Source: Clostridia bacterium (GTDB lineage Bacteria > Bacillota > Clostridia > Oscillospirales > CAG-272). Taken from it: 64,000 bases of DNA. The position numbers were made by a program, and so were the translations under genes. A model generated the notes under the pieces. It was not told the DNA's origin, ran no database searches, and saw nothing but the letters and a program-made list of their open reading frames with translations. Shown piece by piece: positions 27,094-34,983 of the stretch. Each line of letters begins with the position of its first letter. The first letter of the stretch is position 1. The stretch spans positions 31,049 through 95,048 of the forward strand of contig JAFSAM010000044.1 in the NCBI GenBank assembly GCA_017441005.1, given 5' to 3'.

Positions 27094-27864
27094 ATGGAAA
27101 AAAACGTTATTGTGGTTGATGAAGCAGGCAATGAATATGAAGCGACCTACCCTAAAAGGGCTAAAGGTCTTGTAAAAAACGGCAGGGCGCGCTTCATAGA
27201 TGAAAAAACAATATGCCTTGCGTGCCCTCCGAAAAAAAGCATGGAGGACAAAAAAATGTCAGAAAATAAAGAAATCAAGAGCGAAACCAAAAATTCACGT
27301 GTAGCATCCGAGGTACAGCAGACTGCGGAAAACAGACCGCTTACCGCTCGGGAGATATTTGAAAAGATTGCTGAACTTCAGGAACAGCTTACAAAAAACT
27401 CGTATCACTCGTTGCACAGGCTTGACGATTCGGTTGCATCTATATGCGGAGCAGAGGAAAACGAAGGAAAGAATGAACAGGTATCAGAGGTGTGCGGTGT
27501 GTTCAAGATGCGCGAAGACACCTTGGCCAATATGCTTTCGCTTTATGAAAAAATGTACAATGACCTTAATTCCGAATACTCGCAAAAGATAGGGCTTGTC
27601 AAGGTAGCGTTTGATAGGCAGGCTGAATTGATCAGCAAGACCGAATTAAAGCCTGAAGATAAGTTTGCGGCTTTGTCTGAAGTAACGGAAAAGATAGCCG
27701 AGCTGACAGAAAAAATTTTGATTCCCACAACGCAGATCACCGCAAAGGAAAATGTTGCGCGGGAGTTAGTCAGACTTTTGAGAGTAAAAGACTGTCCGAA
27801 GGATTCTGCAGTGTATGCCTCCGAAGCATTGGGCGAATTTTTGGGAGATTCCGACAGTATTTAA
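27094..27864 (+). CDS. Hypothetical protein with a small basic N-terminal domain and a long acidic helical or coiled-coil region
   Basis: 256 aa with GGGGGAG as SD. MEKNVIVVDEAGNEYEATYPKRAKGLVKNGRARFIDEKTICLACPP, then a Glu/Lys/Leu-rich sequence. I recognise no family motif. Confidence 0.7.
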   Translation: MEKNVIVVDEAGNEYEATYPKRAKGLVKNGRARFIDEKTICLACPPKKSMEDKKMSENKEIKSETKNSRVASEVQQTAENRPLTAREIFEKIAELQEQLTKNSYHSLHRLDDSVASICGAEENEGKNEQVSEVCGVFKMREDTLANMLSLYEKMYNDLNSEYSQKIGLVKVAFDRQAELISKTELKPEDKFAALSEVTEKIAELTEKILIPTTQITAKENVARELVRLLRVKDCPKDSAVYASEALGEFLGDSDSI

Positions 27865-27884
27865 AGTAAATTGAATACAAAAAG

Positions 27885-27919
27885 AGCCTATGCGGTTTTA
27901 CCCGTATAGGCTTTCTTTA
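27885..27919. terminator. Bidirectional terminator between convergent genes
   Basis: AGCCTATGCGG-TTTTAC-CCGTATAGGCT (one G-T pair), with T-rich runs on both strands. Confidence 0.75.
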
Positions 27920-27978
27920 TTTGGGACTTAAACTTGGCATAAATAGTGTGATATGCGTGTTATAATATGAAATATTAC

Positions 27979-29094
27979 TTAATGAGTATTGAATTCAAAC
28001 AACTCGTCCATAAAAATGGGCTCGTAGCCGTGATCCTGGCACCATTTCATAATGGTGTCCATCTTTTCGTAGTAGTTGGGCTGGTGTTTTTCAAACTCGG
28101 GATAGAAATACTGTTCGTGTAGGCATATATCCTTGAACTGATAGAATGGGAAGTCTCTTTCCTGCTGATCGAAGCGAGGAGGAATTCTCTCGACGTCTAC
28201 GTGCTGAATACCGCCGTTGTAACGGAAGAAATAGAGATCCTCTTCTTTGTCGTAGTAGAAGCCGTATTTTTTCATGATGAAGCACTGTGCCGCATCAAGA
28301 TACATACGAGCATCAACACCAGTGTTGACGTTTGAGTCAAACCCTCCCACGAAAGCCTTGTAACCGAGATACTTTAAAGCTCTTGCACCCTCTACCGAGC
28401 AGTCAGCAAAGTGAAGTGTTGTAACTGTTTTTGCAAACGCCTCTTCGCCGGCGAAACGGATGATCTCTTTGTTTACCCTACCTGCTTCAAAATACATTTT
28501 GTCGTAGGATACGTGAGAATAAGGTCTAAATGGGGTGTCGCCGTTGGCGTGGAAGGAAAGTCTGAGCCAATCGGAGTTTGCTTTCCATTCGGGCTTGTAT
28601 TTATCTGTCATCTGAGAAATATTCCAGCCGCCGTGACGTTCGGTCTCGTAGTAAATGTTAACGTGGAATTTTGTTCCGTATTTGTCGTGCATAGACTTGA
28701 GCAGGGCAAGATAAGGATCTTCGAACATAGACTCATATTTGTCCTGATTCTCGGTCAGGTTCTGCAAGAACCAGATATTGTCATCAAGTGAAAAACGGTA
28801 TTTTTTGAAACCTTTTTTGAGGAAATAAACAGTTACCGAGGCTGTTTCGCCGGTGTCGACATCCTTTACCTCGATTTTGTTTTCATATTTGTCAAGAATG
28901 ATGTCAGCTCGGTATGTTCCGTGCCAAAGGTTGGGGAGGGGCTGACCGTTAATGGTAAAATTACGTCCGTCGCGTGCCTGAACGCGTGCGTTTATTTTCA
29001 GTGTATCGCCTATTCTTTCTCCTGCGGCATCGGTAAGCATAATACCGTCAAGGGGGAAGAGAATATCGATGTTGTTTTCCGATCTTTTTATCAT
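27979..29094 (-). CDS. Family B paralog B1. Uncharacterised cytoplasmic protein, possibly a deacetylase or glycoside-hydrolase-like barrel with an N-terminal beta domain.
   Basis: Track ORF is 27979..29151. ATG 29094 (MIKRSENNIDILFPLDGIMLTDAAGERIGDTLKI) follows GGAGGA and matches the paralog N-termini. Core: KKYRFSLDDNIWFLQNL...FHVNIYYET..HGG...SFHANGDTPFRPY...LHEQYFYPEF. No signal peptide. Confidence 0.85.
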   Translation of the reverse strand: MIKRSENNIDILFPLDGIMLTDAAGERIGDTLKINARVQARDGRNFTINGQPLPNLWHGTYRADIILDKYENKIEVKDVDTGETASVTVYFLKKGFKKYRFSLDDNIWFLQNLTENQDKYESMFEDPYLALLKSMHDKYGTKFHVNIYYETERHGGWNISQMTDKYKPEWKANSDWLRLSFHANGDTPFRPYSHVSYDKMYFEAGRVNKEIIRFAGEEAFAKTVTTLHFADCSVEGARALKYLGYKAFVGGFDSNVNTGVDARMYLDAAQCFIMKKYGFYYDKEEDLYFFRYNGGIQHVDVERIPPRFDQQERDFPFYQFKDICLHEQYFYPEFEKHQPNYYEKMDTIMKWCQDHGYEPIFMDELFEFNTH

Positions 29095-29164
29095 AAATAT
29101 CCTCCAAAAAATGCCGTGCAATTTAACTTCAACTGTACGGCATTTTGTCATTAAAATTTTTTAA

Positions 29165-30277
29165 TTAGTGGGTGTCAAATTCAAAGAGTTCATCCATAAA
29201 TATGGGTTCAAAACCGTTTTCCTTGCACCATGTAGCTGCACAGTCGAGCTTTTCGTAATAGTCGGGCATGTGAGCATGGAATTCGGGGTAGAAATACTGC
29301 TCGTGGAGACAGAAATCTCTGAATTCATACCTCGGCATATTAACACGCTGTCTGTCAAACTGTGCAGGGAAGTCTGCAATATTACCGCGCTGAATACCGC
29401 CGTTGTAACGGAAATGGTAAATGTCCATTTCTTTATCGTAGTAATAGCCGAATTTGTCGATAATTGCGCACTGTTCAGCATCAAAATACATTCTAATGTC
29501 AGTGTTATTGTCTGTGTTCCAGTTGTAACTTGAGACAAAAGCTTTAACTCCGAGGTCACGGAATGCTTTTGCGGCTTCTTTGGAGCAATCTCCCCAGTGA
29601 ACGGTGGTAACTGTCTTTGCAAAAACTTCTTCGCCTGCAAAACGGAGAATTTCCTTGTGAACTCTTTCCATTTCAAAGTAAGCCTGTTCGTATGTAGCAT
29701 AGATATATGGTCTGTCGGGCTTGTCTGCGTTAGCATGGAAAGAGAGACGCATCCAGTCGGAGTTTGCCTTGAATTCTTCTTTGTATTTATCCGTCATCTG
29801 GGACAGATTGAAGCCGCCGTGACGGGGGGTCTCGTAGTAAATATTGATGTGGAACTTCGAGCCGTGCTTGTCGTGAATGGATTTGAGCAAAGCAAGATAA
29901 GGATCCTCGAACATAGACTTGTAAACGTCTTTGTTTTCATTAAGATTCTGCAAGAACCAAATATTGTCATCGAGAGAGAAGCGGTATTTTTTGTAACCTC
30001 TCTTCAAGAAATATACATCGATTGACCATTCTTCGCCGGAATCAGTATCTTTTACGGTAAGAGTATTCTTGAAATTTTCAAGAACAGCATCTGCTTTATA
30101 GATGCAGTGATTTACACGGTCCATAGGTTCACCGTTAAGTGTCAGGTTTCTGTTGTCGGAAGCAGTGAAAGCAACTCTGATTTTTAAAGTGTCACCAATT
30201 CTTTCGCCGGACGTTTCTGTGAGCATAACACCGTCGCGGGGGAAAGTAAATTCGCCGTTGTAAGCTGATCTTTGCAT
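29165..30277 (-). CDS. Family B paralog B2
   Basis: Track ORF is 29165..30292 and starts at a TTG inside the SD. ATG 30277 (MQRSAYNGEFTFPRDGVMLTETSGERIGDTLKI) lies 8 nt after GGAGGA. The core is identical over 83 aa to B4. Confidence 0.87.
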   Translation of the reverse strand: MQRSAYNGEFTFPRDGVMLTETSGERIGDTLKIRVAFTASDNRNLTLNGEPMDRVNHCIYKADAVLENFKNTLTVKDTDSGEEWSIDVYFLKRGYKKYRFSLDDNIWFLQNLNENKDVYKSMFEDPYLALLKSIHDKHGSKFHINIYYETPRHGGFNLSQMTDKYKEEFKANSDWMRLSFHANADKPDRPYIYATYEQAYFEMERVHKEILRFAGEEVFAKTVTTVHWGDCSKEAAKAFRDLGVKAFVSSYNWNTDNNTDIRMYFDAEQCAIIDKFGYYYDKEMDIYHFRYNGGIQRGNIADFPAQFDRQRVNMPRYEFRDFCLHEQYFYPEFHAHMPDYYEKLDCAATWCKENGFEPIFMDELFEFDTH

Positions 30278-30328
30278 AATGAAATCCTCCAAAAATAGTG
30301 GTATACAAAATATTTTATGTTTTAGTTC

Positions 30329-30357
30329 ATTATATAGCTATTAGTAAGAAAAATCAA
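30329..30357 (-). promoter_or_regulatory. Internal promoter for B2-B1
   Basis: Minus-strand reading is TTGATT (30357..30352), 17 nt, TATAAT (30334..30329). Confidence 0.55.
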
Positions 30358-30407
30358 GTAATTGATCGGTTTTTCTAAAAAAATAATTATTTTTTGCTTC
30401 TCGCAGA

Positions 30408-30440
30408 AAATATAAAAGGGCTTCGCAAAAAGGAAGCCCT
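30408..30440 (-). terminator. Terminator after B3
   Basis: GGGCTTC-CTTTTTGC-GAAGCCC in the minus sense, followed by TTTTATATTTT. Confidence 0.65.
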
Positions 30441-30448
30441 AAAAAACA

Positions 30449-31558
30449 TCAGTGGGTATTGAATTCGAACATTTCGTCCATAAACATTGGTATGTAGCCG
30501 TGGTCAGAACACCACTGTGCCGCAGTATCGAATTTTTCGTAGTAGTTATTTTGATGCCACTTGAATTCGGGGTAAAAATACTGCTCGTGAAGACAGATGT
30601 TCTTGACGTCGAAGAGGGGCATAGCTTTGATCTGATTTTCAAAATGGTCGGCAAATGTCTCGGGGTCTCTGCGCTGGATACCGCTGTTATACCTATAGAG
30701 GAATAAGTCGAGCTCTTTATCGTAAAGTATTCCGTATTTGCGCAAAAGGGCACACTGCTCGGCATCGCAGTAGAGACGGAGGTCAGTGTTGCTGTCGGTG
30801 TTTTGGTTGAAGTCGTCGATGAGTGCACGTATTCCGAGGTCGCGAAAGGCTTTTGCCGTCTCGACGGTGCAGTCGCCCCAATGGATCGACATTGCGGTTT
30901 TGGCAAATGCTTCCTCGCCCGCGAAGCGCAATATCTCTTTGTTTACTCTTTCCATTTCGAAGTGTGCTTGTTCGTATGAGGCGCAAATATATGGTCTGTT
31001 TGGCTTGTCTGCGTTGGCATGGAAGGAGAGTCTCAGCCAGTCGGAATTTGCTTTGAATTCCTCTTTGTATTTGTCTGTCATTTGCGAGAGGTTGAAGCCG
31101 CCGTGACGAGGGGTTTCATAGTAGCAGTTAAGATGAAATTTTGAACCGTGCTTATCGTGAATGGATTTAAGGAGTCCGAGATACGGGTCCTCAAACATAG
31201 ACTCGTATTTATCCTTATTTTCGGTAAGATTCTGGAAGCACCAAATGTTGTCGTCAAGAGTAAAGCGGTATTTTTTATATGCTTTTTTGAAGAAAAATAC
31301 GTCGATCGAGTTTTCTTCGCCGCTTTGTGTATCAACGACGGTAAGTGTCGTTTTTTTGTCATTGATGACATATTCGGCTTTATATTCGCAATGACCGGTT
31401 TCGGTCATGGGAAGACCGTTCAAGGTGAGGCTTCTGCCTGTATGGCCGACAAAAAGTACTTCGATCTTCACTCCGTCACCGATTCTTTCGCCTGCAGCAT
31501 AGGTAAGTCCTACACCGTCTTTTGGGAAATGGAACTCGCCCTTAGAGTTTCTTTTCAT
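30449..31558 (-). CDS. Family B paralog B3
   Basis: 369 aa. MKRNSKGEFHFPKDGVGLTYAAGERIGDGVKI...KKYRFTLDDNIWCFQNL...SFHANADKPNRPY...LHEQYFYPEF. Confidence 0.87.
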   Translation of the reverse strand: MKRNSKGEFHFPKDGVGLTYAAGERIGDGVKIEVLFVGHTGRSLTLNGLPMTETGHCEYKAEYVINDKKTTLTVVDTQSGEENSIDVFFFKKAYKKYRFTLDDNIWCFQNLTENKDKYESMFEDPYLGLLKSIHDKHGSKFHLNCYYETPRHGGFNLSQMTDKYKEEFKANSDWLRLSFHANADKPNRPYICASYEQAHFEMERVNKEILRFAGEEAFAKTAMSIHWGDCTVETAKAFRDLGIRALIDDFNQNTDSNTDLRLYCDAEQCALLRKYGILYDKELDLFLYRYNSGIQRRDPETFADHFENQIKAMPLFDVKNICLHEQYFYPEFKWHQNNYYEKFDTAAQWCSDHGYIPMFMDEMFEFNTH

Positions 31559-31579
31559 AACCGTTACCTCAAATAAATT

Positions 31580-32692
31580 TTAATGCGAATTGAACTCGAA
31601 AAGCTCATCTGCAAAAATGGGCTCGTAACCGTGATCGGAGCACCACTGGGCAGCTACGTCCATTCTCTCGTAGTAGTCGGGCAGATGGCGCTTGAATTCA
31701 GGGTAGAAATACTGCTCGTGGAGACAGAATTCCTTGAATCTGTAGACGGGGCATTCTTCTGCATCGCGGTCAAGCATTTCGTAGAAATTCTTTGGATCTC
31801 CGCCTTGAATACCGCCGTTGTATGCAAAATGGTATATGTCCATTTCTTTATCGTAGTAAAAACCGAACTTGTTGATTATAGAGCACTGCTCGGCATCGCA
31901 GTACATACGGATGTCAGCGTTGTTGCTCGAATTCCAGTTGTAGCAGCCTACAAAAGCTTTTACGCCGAGATCGCGGAATGCTTTAGCCGCTTCTTTTGTG
32001 CAGTCACCGAAGTGGATCGATGTGACGGTCTTCGCGAATGCCTCTTCGCCTGCAAAACGCAAAATTTCTTTATGAACTCTGTCCATTTCAAAATATGCCT
32101 TTTCGTAGGTCGCAAAGCCGTAAGGGCGGTTGGGAAGGTCGGAGTTTGCGTGGAAAGCAAGGCGCATCCAGTCTGAATTTGCCTTGAATTCTTCTTTGTA
32201 TTTATCTGTCATCTGGGAAAGATTAAAGCCGCCGTGGCGGGGAGTTTCATAGTAAATGTTGATGTGGAACTTGGAGCCGTGCTTGTCGTGAATGGACTTC
32301 AGCAGAGCAAGATATGGATCCTCGAACATAGACTTGTAAACGTCTTTGTTCTCATTAAGATTTTGCAAGAACCAAATATTATCATCGAGAGAGAAGCGGT
32401 ATTTCTTATAGCCCTTTCTTAAAAAGAAGGCATCTACCGACCAGGATTCACCTGTGTTTTCGTCGGTGACTGTAAGTGTATTTTTGCCGTTTTGCATAAT
32501 AAAATCGGCTTTATAGCAGCAGTAGTTGAAGCGTGTCATAGGCTCGCCGTTGAGGGTGAGCGTTCTGCCGTTTGACGCGTTAAAAAGAACAGTGATCTTT
32601 AGTGTATCTCCTATTCTTTCGCCTGAATAATCGGTGAGCATAACACCGTCTCTGGGAAACTGAAATTCTCCGTTTGCAACAAATCTTTGCAT
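31580..32692 (-). CDS. Family B paralog B4. First gene of the array in the direction of transcription.
   Basis: 370 aa with ACGGAGG as SD. MQRFVANGEFQFPRDGVMLTDYSGERIGDTLKI...KKYRFSLDDNIWFLQNL...AFHANSDLPNRPY...LHEQYFYPEF. Confidence 0.87.
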   Translation of the reverse strand: MQRFVANGEFQFPRDGVMLTDYSGERIGDTLKITVLFNASNGRTLTLNGEPMTRFNYCCYKADFIMQNGKNTLTVTDENTGESWSVDAFFLRKGYKKYRFSLDDNIWFLQNLNENKDVYKSMFEDPYLALLKSIHDKHGSKFHINIYYETPRHGGFNLSQMTDKYKEEFKANSDWMRLAFHANSDLPNRPYGFATYEKAYFEMDRVHKEILRFAGEEAFAKTVTSIHFGDCTKEAAKAFRDLGVKAFVGCYNWNSSNNADIRMYCDAEQCSIINKFGFYYDKEMDIYHFAYNGGIQGGDPKNFYEMLDRDAEECPVYRFKEFCLHEQYFYPEFKRHLPDYYERMDVAAQWCSDHGYEPIFADELFEFNSH

Positions 32693-32744
32693 AACTGTAA
32701 CCTCCGTTTACTCTTTGCCAAACACAAAGATGTATCTAACAATG

Positions 32745-32772
32745 ATTATAGCATCGAGAAAGCAAAAATCAA
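32745..32772 (-). promoter_or_regulatory. Promoter for B4-B3
   Basis: Minus-strand reading is TTGATT (32772..32767), 16 nt, TGc-TATAAT (extended -10; -10 at 32750..32745). Confidence 0.55.
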
Positions 32773-32798
32773 TAGATTTCTTTCTTTTTAAAAAATTT

Positions 32799-33887
32799 TT
32801 ACTCATAAGATTTTCTGGAAAGGGTGTTTCTTTCTGCCGCACCGAAAAAGCCGTCGGGGGTGAAGAGCTTATAGTTGCCGCAGATATCACCCGTATCAAA
32901 TGTCTTTGTCATACTTCCTTCCTGAAGCATAACGACGTAGGGAGAAGAGGGCATAATGACTATGCGCGGATGGCTTGACTCAAATTCAAATGAGGACTCA
33001 AAAAGCATTGAAGGTCGGTCATTTCTTTTTAAGGCCCTTGCAGATATGCGGTAGAAAAATCCGTCGCTTTTGAATATAACGGGCTTAAAAATGTTTGTAA
33101 ATGAAATAAGGTTACAAGTGTATATTTTGCCGTTTATTTCAATCTCGAATGTGTTTTTTGGGCGGTTTTTGAATACCGAAAGATAGGGGGACTTGATCTT
33201 TGGCGCTTTTACCTTTTTTTCGGAGCAGTATTTATTCAGTCTCTTTAAGAATGAGGACATTTTTTTCAATGCTCTGATATAAAGGATCACCGCAATAACA
33301 AGCGGAATTATAAGCGTGTACGAAATAAGCTTCAGCACCATAACTATGGTGGAAACAGTCGGAATAATGTAGGATACCAAAAAGAAGAAAACAAAGAGCC
33401 CCGGAATGGCTAACAGAATATGTAGCAAAAACTTTGCTGTAAAAAGCCAGGAGTTCTTTTTTCGTTCGATCAGGCTAAGCCAATGCGTTCTCGCAAAAAT
33501 ATATGTACCGATATTTGAGAACACGGCAAAAATAACGGTTATAGGATGTACAAAATCCGAGACAATGAAAACAAAAAACACGACTGTTACACAGAGATCA
33601 AAAATGAAATTGAACGAAAGCAATTCGGGTAATGCCTTTTGTTTTTCTTTCTTTGCAAATACAGCGAACTGTATTTTATCATATAGCGAAAATGCAAATG
33701 ATGTTGAAAGATATACCGCGACCATCACAAGTGTCTGCCACAGCATTTTTTCGTCCGGGGTAAAGCGCGGTGCAAAAAAGAAAAACAAATATTTTACGAT
33801 CAAAAACGTGGCGGTAACACAAAGGTGTTTAACAACTGAAGACAGAATACTCATAAAGACGGGGTAGTATTTTTTTATGTTTTGCAT
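32799..33887 (-). CDS. Polytopic membrane protein with a C-terminal soluble domain, function unknown
   Basis: 362 aa with GGGGAGAA as SD. About 6 hydrophobic helices in the first 210 aa, then a basic juxtamembrane stretch (KKMSSFLKRLNKYCSEKKVKAPKIK) and a roughly 130-aa soluble tail. No motif recognised. Confidence 0.7.
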   Translation of the reverse strand: MQNIKKYYPVFMSILSSVVKHLCVTATFLIVKYLFFFFAPRFTPDEKMLWQTLVMVAVYLSTSFAFSLYDKIQFAVFAKKEKQKALPELLSFNFIFDLCVTVVFFVFIVSDFVHPITVIFAVFSNIGTYIFARTHWLSLIERKKNSWLFTAKFLLHILLAIPGLFVFFFLVSYIIPTVSTIVMVLKLISYTLIIPLVIAVILYIRALKKMSSFLKRLNKYCSEKKVKAPKIKSPYLSVFKNRPKNTFEIEINGKIYTCNLISFTNIFKPVIFKSDGFFYRISARALKRNDRPSMLFESSFEFESSHPRIVIMPSSPYVVMLQEGSMTKTFDTGDICGNYKLFTPDGFFGAAERNTLSRKSYE

Positions 33888-34039
33888 AGGTTCGTTCTCC
33901 CCACAAAATTAATTTTATTCTTAAGACACCGAAAAACAAAAATAGGTTGGTTTTTGAAAATATAACGGATTTTGTGAAAATTATAGCATATTTATACCAA
34001 AAAGTAAATGAAATTGTGGAATATAATTTAATTATTTAC

Positions 34040-34068
34040 TTGAAAAAAAGGGGGCGGTGTGATATACT
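34040..34068 (+). promoter_or_regulatory. Promoter of the 34115-35991 gene pair
   Basis: TTGAAA (34040..34045), 17 nt, TGa-TATACT (extended -10; -10 at 34063..34068). Confidence 0.5.
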
Positions 34069-34114
34069 GTATAGAAGAAAGTAAGCACTATTATACATCA
34101 AGGGAGCTGAAAAA

Positions 34115-34966
34115 ATGATAAAATTGGGATTTATTGATTACTACTTGGATGAATGGCATGCAAACAACTATCCGAAATTTATAACCGATTGTGTAGGCGA
34201 TGAAATAAAAGTTGCTTATGCATACGGAATGATCGCAAGTCCGAAGTCGGGAAAAACCTCGGCCGAGTGGTGTGAAGAGCACGGAATCGAGCTTTGTCTG
34301 ACGATCGAAGAGGTAATAGAAAAGAGCGACGGTTTGCTCGTTCTTTCGCCCGACAATGCAGAGATGAAGGAAGAACTTTCCGATCTCGCTCTAAAATCGG
34401 GTAAGCCTGTATTTATAGACAAGACGTTTACAACGGGATACGAGTCGGGAAAGAGAATGTTTGACCTTGCTGAAAAGTATAATACGCCGGTGTATACCAC
34501 GTCTGCACTTCGTTATGCTCCCGATTACGATGAGATCGATCCTAAGGACGTTACCGCCATCGAGTGTATAGGCCCCAATGATTTTGATATTTATTCCATT
34601 CACATGCTCGAGCCTCTTATGAAGATAATGAAGACCGATGCCAAGAAGGTAATGTATACCGAAGGCGAAGGCTATTACCGTCTCAGTATCGAGTTTGCGG
34701 ACGGCAGACCGGGTAGCATTTCCGGTTATATGAATAAGAGATTCCCCTATATGATCGCGGTTGCAGGCAAGACAGAGCATAAGGTCGTTAAGGCGGCAAA
34801 TCCCTTCTGGCCCGTGTTTACAGAGGCGCTTTGCGAATTTTTCAAGACAAAGAAGCCGATGGTAGACCATAATGAATCTCTTGCGATTATGGCAATCAGA
34901 AGTGCGGGACTTGAAGCTATGAAGAAGCCCGGTGAATGGGTAGCGCTTGAAAACAGAGGATTCTGA
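34115..34966 (+). CDS. Gfo/Idh/MocA-like protein with a degenerate nucleotide-binding motif
   Basis: 283 aa. MIKLGFIDYYLDEWHANNYP replaces the GxGxxG loop, and VFIDKTF sits where the EKP motif is expected. The overall layout (N-terminal Rossmann-like, C-terminal alpha/beta) resembles the downstream neighbour. The assignment is tentative. Confidence 0.5.
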   Translation: MIKLGFIDYYLDEWHANNYPKFITDCVGDEIKVAYAYGMIASPKSGKTSAEWCEEHGIELCLTIEEVIEKSDGLLVLSPDNAEMKEELSDLALKSGKPVFIDKTFTTGYESGKRMFDLAEKYNTPVYTTSALRYAPDYDEIDPKDVTAIECIGPNDFDIYSIHMLEPLMKIMKTDAKKVMYTEGEGYYRLSIEFADGRPGSISGYMNKRFPYMIAVAGKTEHKVVKAANPFWPVFTEALCEFFKTKKPMVDHNESLAIMAIRSAGLEAMKKPGEWVALENRGF

Positions 34967-34983
34967 AGACAGAGGTTTTTGCT

